Counted from the stretch's first letter, positions 1-9,527 are shown. The stretch is DNA of 64,000 nt from Candidatus Hermodarchaeota archaeon (GCA_048885865.1 JBHLLF010000001.1:96001-160000); one strand, 5' to 3'. The notes: generated by a model from the sequence alone, not told the origin. Numbers and translations are program-made.

Positions 1-82
1 TTAAATGGATTAAAGCTTCGCTCCCATAAGTGTAGAGCGACATCGTTAAAGCAATAATGCACCGCCATCTAGATAGATTGAG

Positions 83-1063
83 ATGGTCGAGAAGATTCGT
101 CTTTCCATTGGAACCGCAATTCAGATGGGATTGGAATCGGGCGATATGGATGAATGCTTCTCGACAGCATTTCTAATGACATATACTGATGGAAGATGCA
201 GTGCGAACTGTGCATTTTGTCCTCAGGCTAGGGAAAGCAACTCAGCTTCAGATCGTCTTTCCAGAATTTCATGGCCTGTCTACGATTTGGATGAAGTCAT
301 GGAGCGATTCTCAGAACATATGACTTTCAAGCGCGCATGTGTTCAAGTTTTGAACTCCCCTGGCATTACTGGGGACGTTGAGCAGATAGTCATCCGGATT
401 GGAGAACGAACACAAATACCGATTTCAATCTCAATCCATCCCCTTTCAAAGGATGAGATGATTAGACTGCACGTAGCCGGCGCAAACAGCATTGGTATTG
501 CTCTAGATGCATGCACTGAGCCTCTGTTCAATAGGATTAAGGGAGTAGATCGCGGCTCGCCGTATAGATGGCATAATCATATTGAAGCACTCTCAACTGC
601 CCTTGAGGTGTTTGGGGAGGGGAATGTTGCTACACATCTAATTGTAGGGCTAGGTGAATCTGAAGAAGAGATAGTCGAGTTTCTGAAAGAAATGAAACGC
701 CTCAAGGTCCGGGTGGGTCTCTTTGCATTCACGAACATTCGAGGTACGGCGTTGGAACACTGGAGTCAACCAGATGTTTCATTCTACAGACGGATTCAGG
801 TTGTTCATTACCTCCTCAATACTGGAATCCTTGACGATGACCAAATCAGAGTGGCCCAGACTGGTGAGATTCAACTGGATTTGTCCCCGAACCGCTTGAA
901 GGAAATCTTATCATCTGGAGCTGCGTTTCAGACATCCGGCTGCAAGAACTGCAATCGACCTTACTATAATGAGCGTCCGAGTGGGCCGCTCTACAACTAC
1001 CCTCGGCCTCTTACACAAGAGGAAGTAAGAGAAGCAATTGCGGTTACTGGCCTGGTGAGTTGA
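83..1063 (+). CDS. lipS2: Radical SAM protein, LipS2-type archaeal lipoyl synthase subunit
   Basis: CxxxCxxC (CSANCAFC). C-terminal TSGCKNCNRP resembles the LipS2 TxGCPxC(N/D)RP motif. Lies directly upstream of lipoate ligase genes. Confidence 0.75.
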   Translation: MVEKIRLSIGTAIQMGLESGDMDECFSTAFLMTYTDGRCSANCAFCPQARESNSASDRLSRISWPVYDLDEVMERFSEHMTFKRACVQVLNSPGITGDVEQIVIRIGERTQIPISISIHPLSKDEMIRLHVAGANSIGIALDACTEPLFNRIKGVDRGSPYRWHNHIEALSTALEVFGEGNVATHLIVGLGESEEEIVEFLKEMKRLKVRVGLFAFTNIRGTALEHWSQPDVSFYRRIQVVHYLLNTGILDDDQIRVAQTGEIQLDLSPNRLKEILSSGAAFQTSGCKNCNRPYYNERPSGPLYNYPRPLTQEEVREAIAVTGLVS

Positions 1064-1064
1064 G

Positions 1065-1832
1065 ATGGAAGAGGTCCGTTTCCTTGGCCTTACTACCAAT
1101 GACGCATACATGAATATGGCAATTGATGAATCAATTATGCTTGCAATGAAAACGGGGAAGGTTCCACCGACCCTTCGCCTCTATCGATGGAATCCTTCAG
1201 CTGTTTCGATAGGTACTTTTCAGGGAATGACTGAGGAGGTTGATTTGGACTTCTGCAATAGCCAAGAAATTGACTATATCAGAAGAATCACGGGAGGAGG
1301 AGCCGTCTTCCATGATTTTGAAGGGGAGATCACTTACAGCATTATCTTGCCAAAGGGACACAGACTTGCTCCAGATGATATCATAGAGTCCTATCGCCTA
1401 ATATGCGGAGGAGTAGTCAAAGCCCTCGAGCATCTCGGGATTGGGGCAGAATTCAAGCCAATCAATGATGTGATCGCAGGCGGAAAGAAGGTTTCTGGGA
1501 ACGCTCAGACTCGAAGGCACTTGTGTGTTCTTCAACATGGTACCATCTTGCTTGACCTGGACGTCGAAACCATGTTCTCAGTCCTTAAGGTTCCTCAAGA
1601 GAAGATATCTGATAAAATGATAGCTGATGTCAAGGAGCGAGTCACTTCAGTTAGGGACATATTGAACAGAGCAGTGTCATTTGAGGAATTGGCGGAGGCA
1701 CTAGAGGTTGGCTTCTCCAAGGCGATGGGAATTAGCCTCGTTCTTAGTGATTTGACGACAGAAGAAACTCAGACTGCTGTGCGTCTTAGATCTGAGAGGT
1801 ATAGCCAAGATGAGTGGAATCTCAAGAGGTGA
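1065..1832 (+). CDS. lplA: Lipoate-protein ligase, catalytic (LplA) domain
   Basis: NMAIDE, RRITGGGAVFHD, KKVSGNAQ and QHGTIL motifs. Confidence 0.92.
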   Translation: MEEVRFLGLTTNDAYMNMAIDESIMLAMKTGKVPPTLRLYRWNPSAVSIGTFQGMTEEVDLDFCNSQEIDYIRRITGGGAVFHDFEGEITYSIILPKGHRLAPDDIIESYRLICGGVVKALEHLGIGAEFKPINDVIAGGKKVSGNAQTRRHLCVLQHGTILLDLDVETMFSVLKVPQEKISDKMIADVKERVTSVRDILNRAVSFEELAEALEVGFSKAMGISLVLSDLTTEETQTAVRLRSERYSQDEWNLKR

Positions 1833-1837
1833 ATTTG

Positions 1838-2131
1838 GTGGGTTATTATAGCCATAAAGTCCCAGGAGGCAAGCTCATCAAGGTAAAGGTTGAGTCAAAG
1901 GATGATTGCATTCGGGAGATCACTCTTCTGGGTGATTTCTTTTTGCATCCAGAACATGTGCTAGATGAGATTGAAGAATCACTATTAGGCATCAGACTCT
2001 CGAAGGATGTTGTTTTAGAGAAACTGAAGGCGGTTCTAGAGAGAAACAACGCAACAGTAATTGGTGCAGATGCTGAAGATTTCGCTGAAGCCATTATAGC
2101 CGCATGGATGAATTCAGACCACAACTCATAA
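1838..2131 (+). CDS. lplB: Lipoate-protein ligase accessory C-terminal domain (LplB); start probably TTG 1835 or GTG 1838
   Basis: KVPGGKLI...GDFFLHPE signature. GAGGTGA RBS overlaps the lplA stop. Confidence 0.85.
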   Translation: MGYYSHKVPGGKLIKVKVESKDDCIREITLLGDFFLHPEHVLDEIEESLLGIRLSKDVVLEKLKAVLERNNATVIGADAEDFAEAIIAAWMNSDHNS

Positions 2132-2166
2132 CACTAAGCATGCTGTCGCTAGTCTAGTGACTTGCA

Positions 2167-3036
2167 TTGAAGCTTGCTAGATTTGTAGAAGGTTCACGAG
2201 TTGTTGCAGGAATAGTGATTGATGACCGTATTGATGTGTACGACTCTTTGGGGTCGGACCCATTCGGCGATTTCATTGAACAATATCAACCTGACGAAAT
2301 TGGATTGAATGAATTCATCAACACCATGATAGAAGGTCAGGATTCACTCTCCTATGATTTGTCTTGGGTTGAGCCTCGCTTCATCATGCCCATGGTGCCC
2401 TCTGAGGTGTGGGCAGCGGGAGTCACATACAAGAGAAGTGTGGAGGCCCGTGAGGATGAAACTGATGTCAAGGGAATTTACGACATGGTCTATGAATCCA
2501 ACCGTCCAGAGATTCTGATTAAGGGACTCGGCTATAGAACTGTGGGCCCAAACGACATCATCTGCATTAGGAGTGACGCGACGTGGAATGTTCCAGAGCC
2601 AGAGTTCACTCTAGTCTATGGGGAGAAGAAGGTTGTCGCATATGTGATTGGCAATGATGTCAGCTCAAGAGACATAGAAGGCGAGAATCCACTCTATCTC
2701 CCACAGGCAAAGGTATGGCGTAGTTCATGTTCCATAGGGCCGTATCTTGTAAGCACAGATGAAGTGAAAGATCCACGCAATGTGGGAATCTCCTTGATAA
2801 TTCGCCGAGATGGTGAAATCGCATTCTCTGGTGAAACAAACACTAACAATATGAAAAGAAGATTCGAGGAGTTGACAGAGCATCTTTTCCGAGACAATCC
2901 CGTTCCAAGAGGTGCCATTATGTTGACTGGTGTAGGAGTTGTTCCTCCAGATGATTTCACACTCAGACATGGCGATTTAGTTGAGATTAGCATGGATGGA
3001 CTAGGCACCATGAGAAACTATGTGAAGCAGCTCTAA
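2167..3036 (+). CDS. Fumarylacetoacetate-hydrolase family protein, 2-keto-3-deoxy-pentonate dehydratase (KdaD/XylX)-like
   Basis: EVWAAGVTY, VPEPE, GNDVSSRDIEGENPLYLPQAK and LTGVG motifs. Confidence 0.8.
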   Translation: MKLARFVEGSRVVAGIVIDDRIDVYDSLGSDPFGDFIEQYQPDEIGLNEFINTMIEGQDSLSYDLSWVEPRFIMPMVPSEVWAAGVTYKRSVEAREDETDVKGIYDMVYESNRPEILIKGLGYRTVGPNDIICIRSDATWNVPEPEFTLVYGEKKVVAYVIGNDVSSRDIEGENPLYLPQAKVWRSSCSIGPYLVSTDEVKDPRNVGISLIIRRDGEIAFSGETNTNNMKRRFEELTEHLFRDNPVPRGAIMLTGVGVVPPDDFTLRHGDLVEISMDGLGTMRNYVKQL

Positions 3037-3095
3037 TCCCTGCCTCATATCTACAAAGAGTGAAATACTCAACTGCGCTCTCCATTATGATTGCA

Positions 3096-3476
3096 ATGTC
3101 AGTATATGATGATGACCAGAAGATAAAGAAGATCGACGCTGATATCGATAAGTTCAAGGATGAGCTTCGGGTGTCGGAGTCACAGCTCCAAGGGATTGAC
3201 TCTCGACTAGATGCCGATATCGAACGCTTTCGCAGTATTGCCAAGGCAAGGAAAGACGAGTATGAAGCAATACGACAGAGAGCAAAGACTGCTGAATCAG
3301 CTTGGAAGTCTGCAGACAAAGACTTTCAATATGCCAAGAAGCAGAAAGACAAGCAGGTTTCTGACCTCAAGAAACAAGTTGATAACTTGAGAAAACGGAT
3401 TAAGGATGCCGCTAAGACTCGGGAGAAGAGAGTCCGAGAGATTGAAAAGGAGAGAGAAAAGCTACGGCATGAATAA
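3096..3476 (+). CDS. Small coiled-coil hypothetical protein (start approximate)
   Basis: Continuous K/E/R-rich heptad pattern. Confidence 0.7.
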   Translation: MSVYDDDQKIKKIDADIDKFKDELRVSESQLQGIDSRLDADIERFRSIAKARKDEYEAIRQRAKTAESAWKSADKDFQYAKKQKDKQVSDLKKQVDNLRKRIKDAAKTREKRVREIEKEREKLRHE

Positions 3477-3556
3477 AGAGAATCCTAATGAGTAGGAGCG
3501 AAGAACGAGATTGGCTAGGATTTAAGCCATCATAGGCGTTCAATGGAGGATAGCTA

Positions 3557-4534
3557 ATGAATGCATACTTTATGATAGTGCTGCTGTCGTTTGTCCTTTT
3601 CTTTGTGGTATGGGGTCTTGGATGGCTGCTTGAAACCCTGTCGCAGTTTGTTTTGAGCACAACGCGCAATCCAGGTTCAAGAGGATGGTACATGCTTGTG
3701 GGGCCAGGTGTTGCCCTACACGAGTCTTCTCATGCACTAGGCTGTGTCTTCACACGGACCAAGATTGTGGAGTTCAAGCCAATCAACGTGACTGTAAAGA
3801 AAGATCGGATTATCTTGGGATATGTCCGCTATGTCAATCCTACTAGCTCCTTGAAGCGAGCCGTGATAAACCTCGCACCCGTCGCGGTATCGCTGGTACT
3901 CCTCACTATTTTTGCGCTTGCCGCAACATACTTGGTTCCCGGGTCCCACCTAGGAGGAGAAGCAATTGATTTGTGGCATGCTCTAATTGCCATCAAAACA
4001 GACCCGGTTGCATTGAGCAACTGGATACTTCCCGCGGAGCAAATTGGAGGATTTGTCTATGAGTTTCTGTATGCATTCTCGGGCTTGACTGTTATCAATC
4101 CATTGTTCTGGATTGTATCATTTCTTGCGATGACAATAATGTTTAGCAATGCGCCTTCGGATGTTGACATCAGGAATGCCAAGACAGGTCTGATATTCGT
4201 TATTGTCTTCAATGTTATTTGGCTGGGCGTGGCATATGTCCTACCCGCAGCTGGATATGCATTGTTTGGTCTGTATGAGCTTCTTGCCGTAATGTTTGCA
4301 CTAGCACTTGCTTTTGCGGGTCTTGGATATGGCTTCTTCATCCTAGTAGCCGGTCTTGCGAGAATCAAATCACCTCTACAAATAATCCCCCTGCTGGGTT
4401 GTCTAGGTACAGGTATAGCTTTTTCCTATTTCGCAGTTGGCACAGCAGCTTTTCAGACAGTTGTATCCATTGGAGTCTTGGTGGTTCTGATGCTGCTTCT
4501 TCTGGTGATGAAACGTACAAGGGCATTGGAGTAA
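3557..4534 (+). CDS. Membrane zinc metalloprotease (M50-like)
   Basis: HESSH (HExxH), NLAP and APSxxD motifs, many TM helices, GGAGG RBS. Confidence 0.7.
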   Translation: MNAYFMIVLLSFVLFFVVWGLGWLLETLSQFVLSTTRNPGSRGWYMLVGPGVALHESSHALGCVFTRTKIVEFKPINVTVKKDRIILGYVRYVNPTSSLKRAVINLAPVAVSLVLLTIFALAATYLVPGSHLGGEAIDLWHALIAIKTDPVALSNWILPAEQIGGFVYEFLYAFSGLTVINPLFWIVSFLAMTIMFSNAPSDVDIRNAKTGLIFVIVFNVIWLGVAYVLPAAGYALFGLYELLAVMFALALAFAGLGYGFFILVAGLARIKSPLQIIPLLGCLGTGIAFSYFAVGTAAFQTVVSIGVLVVLMLLLLVMKRTRALE

Positions 4535-4582
4535 TACCTACTTCCATATTGCATATGGCTCTCCTATACTTGGGTATAGAGT

Positions 4583-4930
4583 ATGACCAAAATTCAAATC
4601 GTTAGAAGACCTTCTCTAATCAGTCCTCGGCATCTCCTGAGATACGTGTTCTCAACTGAAATGCAGGTTGAACAAGCAGCCAAGATTCTCAATGAGATAG
4701 TTCAGAGTGATGGCGTTGTTATCGATTCGGACTGGCGTCGATTCGTACTGTCTAGCCGCGGACTATACGTGAAAGTAATGAGAAAGCTGAGAGACACAGG
4801 ACTAGTTGAAAAACGAATGGGTGAGTTCAGACTGGCCAATGATTTCTCCAGCTCACTAGGAAAGATGGCTGATTACTGGACTCAGATTATTGGTTCCTTT
4901 CAAGGTGGAGACAAAGCGATTGCATTCTAA
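4583..4930 (+). CDS. Hypothetical winged-helix protein
   Basis: VMRKLRDTGLVEK-x-GEFRL wing motif. Confidence 0.6.
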   Translation: MTKIQIVRRPSLISPRHLLRYVFSTEMQVEQAAKILNEIVQSDGVVIDSDWRRFVLSSRGLYVKVMRKLRDTGLVEKRMGEFRLANDFSSSLGKMADYWTQIIGSFQGGDKAIAF

Positions 4931-4932
4931 AG

Positions 4933-6519
4933 CTACTCTACCTCTACTTCGCCTTCCTTGATTTTTAGTTCTCGAAGTGTTGAGACTGCTTTATCTCCCT
5001 TTAATTTCAGTACTCCAAGCTTGTCATACTGACGGACCCATTTCGTCACGAGCCCAACAGGCTGTGCCAATGTCTTTGCAAGATCCGCAATGGGAATCGA
5101 ACCAACCTCATCAACTAAGATGAGCACCTTGGTGCTGGACTCCTGGTTCAGCACGTCTATGTATCTCTTTACCCGTTCATCTGAGATATCTCTCTGCTCT
5201 AAGGCTATGTCTCGTTCTTTCTCCATGAGTCGGGTGGCTTTCTCAAAAGCCTCCTTCTGCATCTCGAGTTTTGGTATCTTATCCTGGGTGGTCTTCAAAT
5301 CCGCCTCCAAATCATAGATTTGCTGCTCCATTTCCTTGATACCTTTTATCTTGTCTTGGATAGCATTGAGTTCGTCGAGTCTGGATTGGCTCTCTGCTTC
5401 CGCAGTTTCTCTCTCCTTCCCAAGACTCTCAGCCTGTCGCTGCAATTCCAGAATCTTGGCCTGGCTCTTGTCAGCTTCAGCACGTTTGTCTTCCAACGCC
5501 TTCTCAACCAAGGCCAATTTGGCCTCTAATGCCTCATACTCAGCATCCGACTTTGTGCTTGCTGTCTTAGCGGCTTCGGCCTCACTCCTGTACACCTCAA
5601 GCTGGCTTTCTGCCTCTTTGTATTTCAAACGGACCTCATTAGCTTCAGCTCGGACAGTATCTAATTCATCCGTTCTAGCTTTGATGGAGGCGTCTTTCTT
5701 CAAAATGTCTTGTTTGAGGGCTTCTACTTTGTCATCATATTCCTTGAGCTTACGAGCTAACTCCTCAGTTGCGGCATCAGCAGTCTTTGACTTGTCTAAT
5801 ATGCTCTGCAATGACTTTATCTCACGCTCGAGCTTTGCTATCTCTGCATCCTTCTCGGCTAGACCGGTCTGAAGCGACATTCCGTCTTCTTCTAGAGTTG
5901 TCATGAAGGACCTTACAATATCCTGCTGCTCCACGATTGTAGTCCTGAGGTCGAGTTCAGACTCTCGCACTCTTTGAGCGAATTCCTTGAATCGCTCTTG
6001 GGTCTGCTCTACAATCTTGTCAACAAGGTCCTTCTCGAGTGCTGCGAATTCATTGTCGACAATGTCCACAAATGTAGCTTCAATGAAGCTCTTGAAGAAC
6101 TTCATTCTGAGTCTTTCGACCATCTCTTCGGAGATTCGCGACTTGAGCTCGACTACCTTTCCCCTGAAGGTCAGAAGTTGGGCTGCAAATACTCCTACGA
6201 CACCTCTCTGTAGTGATGAAATATCGGAGCGTAGATTCTCCAGCTTTCGAAGGAGAGCATCAAATCCTGCCACCGCTTCTCCTGCGTCAAGCGGACTCTC
6301 GCGTCCCTCTGGAATCTCCATACCCTCGACAAACTCCAATGCCACCGCTGCGGCAGAAAGAAGATCATCACTGGAATCCACTGGCATCATGACTGGTTCA
6401 GAATCTTCCAGGCCTTGAGCCATACCCTGGATATGTACTTCATCTAGTGAAGCTTTCTTCAGCGATTCTTGGAGCTTTGCCTTTTCCTCATCCGTCAACT
6501 TCTCGTCGTCAGGAGACAT
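4933..6519 (-). CDS. Long coiled-coil protein with C-terminal winged-helix domain
   Basis: About 370 aa of heptads followed by IPIADLAKTLAQPVGLVTKWVRQYDKLGVLKL. No Walker motifs. Confidence 0.75.
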   Translation of the reverse strand: MSPDDEKLTDEEKAKLQESLKKASLDEVHIQGMAQGLEDSEPVMMPVDSSDDLLSAAAVALEFVEGMEIPEGRESPLDAGEAVAGFDALLRKLENLRSDISSLQRGVVGVFAAQLLTFRGKVVELKSRISEEMVERLRMKFFKSFIEATFVDIVDNEFAALEKDLVDKIVEQTQERFKEFAQRVRESELDLRTTIVEQQDIVRSFMTTLEEDGMSLQTGLAEKDAEIAKLEREIKSLQSILDKSKTADAATEELARKLKEYDDKVEALKQDILKKDASIKARTDELDTVRAEANEVRLKYKEAESQLEVYRSEAEAAKTASTKSDAEYEALEAKLALVEKALEDKRAEADKSQAKILELQRQAESLGKERETAEAESQSRLDELNAIQDKIKGIKEMEQQIYDLEADLKTTQDKIPKLEMQKEAFEKATRLMEKERDIALEQRDISDERVKRYIDVLNQESSTKVLILVDEVGSIPIADLAKTLAQPVGLVTKWVRQYDKLGVLKLKGDKAVSTLRELKIKEGEVEVE

Positions 6520-6847
6520 ATCTATCCCTCAGTGGCCGAGCAAATGATATGAGCATTACGTCAGGTATAAGGTTTGTGAGAACGTATTCGGAAAACGTAT
6601 CCGGTTATTCAAACGCGCTAATTACAGAAAATCAAGGATGCTACGTCTCTCGACGGTTCTCTCCCACACTTCTCAGTCTTCTCAACTCAGAGCAATCTAT
6701 CGGGGGCTGTGGCAATATCCCATTCATACGTAATGTAGCACATCCTCTGACCGGGAGGTCGAGGAGATTTAGCCACCCACAGACTTCTGCCTGTCTATTG
6801 AGCGGTCCAGTCCACGACTTCGTCTGACACCAAGACAGAAGGTAGGT

Positions 6848-7411
6848 CTAGGTTCTTGTGGCATCAAGGAAGTATATGCCTGCGACTATTCCATTCACTG
6901 AGGCAAATCCATACCACCAGAATGGAGGTGGGTTCATCATGCTAGGAACCATTAGTCCCAACGGAAAGGTCACAGCGCCAAAAGCTATGAACACCAAGGT
7001 AGCAACAATGGAAAGCCGACTGAATTCCTCGCGAAGCATCCATGCAGAGATCCCTGCAGTGATCCAGCCCACGCCTGCACTTATTGTCGCAATACCAGTC
7101 ATATCTTCGGCGAACCCAACAGGCAACAACAAGGTGAACATGTCCAAGTACCACAGCAAGGAATAGGTGCAAACCCACAGGATGATGAATATAGCACTGA
7201 TTAACGGAATGACGTTTCCGCTCTTTCGCCATAGCCCAATGATTCCTGTACTCACCAGGATGCGTGCTAGGATCAATATCAAGAGATACTGTTGTGCATT
7301 CCACGGGACATAATCAAAGGCTAAGCCAAGAGCTACTGGGATATACATTGTTGCGATAAGGAAACCGCCAATAGCACCGAGTAAGAACGAGGCTTTTGTT
7401 CCACTACTCAA
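6848..7411 (-). CDS. Hypothetical multi-pass membrane protein (~6 TM)
   Basis: Hydrophobic helices throughout. AGGAGAGG RBS upstream of TTG. Confidence 0.75.
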   Translation of the reverse strand: MSSGTKASFLLGAIGGFLIATMYIPVALGLAFDYVPWNAQQYLLILILARILVSTGIIGLWRKSGNVIPLISAIFIILWVCTYSLLWYLDMFTLLLPVGFAEDMTGIATISAGVGWITAGISAWMLREEFSRLSIVATLVFIAFGAVTFPLGLMVPSMMNPPPFWWYGFASVNGIVAGIYFLDATRT

Positions 7412-7429
7412 CGATTCTTTCCTCTCCTA

Positions 7430-7553
7430 AATAGTGTTGAGATGTAAGAAATCACTGCGTTCTCTCAGGCCACCTGAGAGAATCCAAAAGCTGTGTCATA
7501 GATAGGACAACACTGTGACCTAGACTATGTCCGGAGCTTGGACAAAAGGTCTC
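7430..7553. repeat. Duplicated 124-bp palindrome-rich upstream element, copy 1
   Basis: Ungapped alignment with 9404-9527, 21 mismatches in 124 nt by hand count. Confidence 0.9.
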
Positions 7554-7612
7554 TGCAACTGATTATAACTGAGTTTTAGCAAATCCAATTCTGATGGCGA
7601 GTCCATTAGACC

Positions 7613-7837
7613 ATGAATGGACTCTACGGCATGATTCAATACCTCAACCCCCAAGAGCCCCGTAATCCTCAGCTCATCCTCATGCGAGCTGCTGAGATTC
7701 CAGATGAGATTCTTCGAGAGATAAGGAAGCACTTTGAGATGGACCTGGATGTGCCGCCTGAACTAGAGAAGAGTGTCACTTTCAGAAGAGAGAAGACCAT
7801 AGCCATCAGGATGATCAAAGGGGTCTTAGATGGATAG
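7613..7837 (+). CDS. Short hypothetical protein or gene remnant
   Basis: 74-aa ORF with protein-like composition filling the gap between copy 1 and the next gene. No clear RBS. Confidence 0.4.
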   Translation: MNGLYGMIQYLNPQEPRNPQLILMRAAEIPDEILREIRKHFEMDLDVPPELEKSVTFRREKTIAIRMIKGVLDG

Positions 7838-7860
7838 TTCTGACCACATCAGGTCAACGG

Positions 7861-9387
7861 TCATCTACGCTTCAGGAATACCACAGCTACTATTACAACG
7901 ACAGCAGCACCGCCAATGCCAATGAAAAAGAACTCCATTGGCAACGCAGTTGCTTCCATCTCATCAGATGTCAGTCCGTGAGCGTAATAGATGTCAAGCT
8001 CTCCTGCCCTACCATCAGTCCAAACCACATGAGGTCTGCCCTCTGAGTCTAATCGCATTGTGAAGTAGTCACCAGGTCTTGTGAAGCTACTAGATGTACT
8101 TTGATCAGCAATTGCTATTGGATCACCAAAGACCGGGATGTCCAAGGCGGTACCAATGAACTTCACAGTACGGTAGTAGGGACGAAATGATTCATCTTGT
8201 TCATTATAATACGTGATATGGAGAAGCCCCTGTGAATCAATAGATAAGTCAGGTTGCCATTGGTTTCCATCAATTTCATGGTTGATTCTGATACGTTCAC
8301 TCCACGTGTCACCAAAGTCATCCGAATACCGTAGGAAGATGTCAAATTCATCTTGGTCGGGATATGTATCCGCCCAGAGGAAAAACAATCGTCCATCCTG
8401 ATTGAAACGAGCCACTGGAAGTGTTGACTTTGCATGATGATCATTACTGAATGTTAAAGCACTGAAATTGCCATCAGTGTCCACAGTGATATAGTCAGAG
8501 AACGAGTTACCTTGATTCATACTTCTGGCTCCATAGACCGTTCCGAAGAGGTCTATCTGCTCCGGATCCATTCGTAGACCATAATACAGCAAAGCCACAA
8601 AGATGTCGCCATTACTATCCAAGGTGATGTAAGGGCCACCATGCGGCGAATCAGGCGCACCTATGATTGACACATCATTGAAAGTAGCTCCTCCATCAAT
8701 GGACCTAGAGATACGCATTGTAGGGCAATCCAGTTCAGTTTCCATAAATCTAGTCCAGTTTATGTCATCATATGCCACGTAAATGGTCCCATCAGCACCT
8801 ATTGTCATTGTTTCCTTGTCTGCGAATTGGTCATTACTAGATGATGTGGAAGGAGAAGCTGATACTGAGGACCATGAGTTGCCACCGTCATTACTTCTTG
8901 AAACAGTTATCTGAGAGATGTTTGTCGTTCTTGACTGATCGCTCCAGTTATGCTCCACGTAGGCGTAGTAGATAGTGTCATTATGCCACACTAGCCATGG
9001 GTCCGATTGCCGAGTGAAAGAATAGCCATACATTGGCATGTCCAGTGGCTCAGTCCATGTGGACCCTCCATCGTTTGACCTCGAGAAGCTCACACGGGCA
9101 CCACCGCCATAGTCGGTTTCCGCATTCTTCCATCCCGCAAACAGAACTCCATTGTCACTCACTGCAATAGTAGGCTCAACATGCTGAAGCCATGGAAAAT
9201 CTGAAGTTGAGATTAGTTTGTTAGTAGAGAAACCTGCAACCTCGAGAGTTCCTCCTTGTGCTGGAACGTGTTTCTTCCCATCAGGGTGGAGAAGTAGAGT
9301 GTCATTGAATAATACAACCGGCATTACGGAGTAGGAGAGAAGAATCAGCATAACGACGAGATTAGTGGCTTTCCCAGACTGTTTCAT
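7861..9387 (-). CDS. Membrane-anchored extracellular BNR/Asp-box (sialidase-fold) beta-propeller protein
   Basis: Asp boxes SRSNDGGSTW, SRSNDGGNSW, SRSIDGGATF, YSDDFGDTW. Signal peptide from ATG 9387. C-terminal TM followed by KRR. Confidence 0.85.
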   Translation of the reverse strand: MKQSGKATNLVVMLILLSYSVMPVVLFNDTLLLHPDGKKHVPAQGGTLEVAGFSTNKLISTSDFPWLQHVEPTIAVSDNGVLFAGWKNAETDYGGGARVSFSRSNDGGSTWTEPLDMPMYGYSFTRQSDPWLVWHNDTIYYAYVEHNWSDQSRTTNISQITVSRSNDGGNSWSSVSASPSTSSSNDQFADKETMTIGADGTIYVAYDDINWTRFMETELDCPTMRISRSIDGGATFNDVSIIGAPDSPHGGPYITLDSNGDIFVALLYYGLRMDPEQIDLFGTVYGARSMNQGNSFSDYITVDTDGNFSALTFSNDHHAKSTLPVARFNQDGRLFFLWADTYPDQDEFDIFLRYSDDFGDTWSERIRINHEIDGNQWQPDLSIDSQGLLHITYYNEQDESFRPYYRTVKFIGTALDIPVFGDPIAIADQSTSSSFTRPGDYFTMRLDSEGRPHVVWTDGRAGELDIYYAHGLTSDEMEATALPMEFFFIGIGGAAVVVIVAVVFLKRR

Positions 9388-9403
9388 TGATTGGCATACT
9401 CCC

Positions 9404-9527
9404 AATAGTGTTGATATGCAAGAAATCAATACAATCTCTCAGACCAACTGAGAGGATCTTGAAACCGTGTCACGGATATGACAACACTGTGAACCAGAGT
9501 ATGTCCGGAGCTTCGACAAAAGGTCTC
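9404..9527. repeat. Duplicated 124-bp palindrome-rich upstream element, copy 2
   Basis: Matches 7430-7553 and sits at an equivalent position just 5' of a minus-strand start codon. Confidence 0.9.

Noticed and set aside
5090-6418. Long antisense ORFs here and opposite many other genes
   Set aside because: Shadow frames of real genes on the other strand.
4933-6519. SMC/Rad50 call for the long coiled coil
   Set aside because: No Walker A/B, signature motif, hinge or zinc hook.
6447-6827. 126-aa plus-strand ORF
   Set aside because: It overlaps the start of the coiled-coil gene, is Ser/Arg-rich with no motif and has no RBS. Probably spurious.
6813-6846. Possible third copy of the 124-bp element (GACT..GTC-N9-GACAGAAGGT)
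   Set aside because: Similarity is limited to about 30 nt and collapses upstream.
6589-6850. RNase P RNA, suggested by ACAGAA motifs
   Set aside because: No GAGGAAAGUCC-type CR-I or P4 complement found.
7430-9527. CRISPR repeat or canonical integron attC interpretation of the duplicated element
   Set aside because: There are only two long copies 2 kb apart. The GTT/AAC order does not fit RYYYAAC...GTTRRRY, and no cas or integrase gene is in the window.
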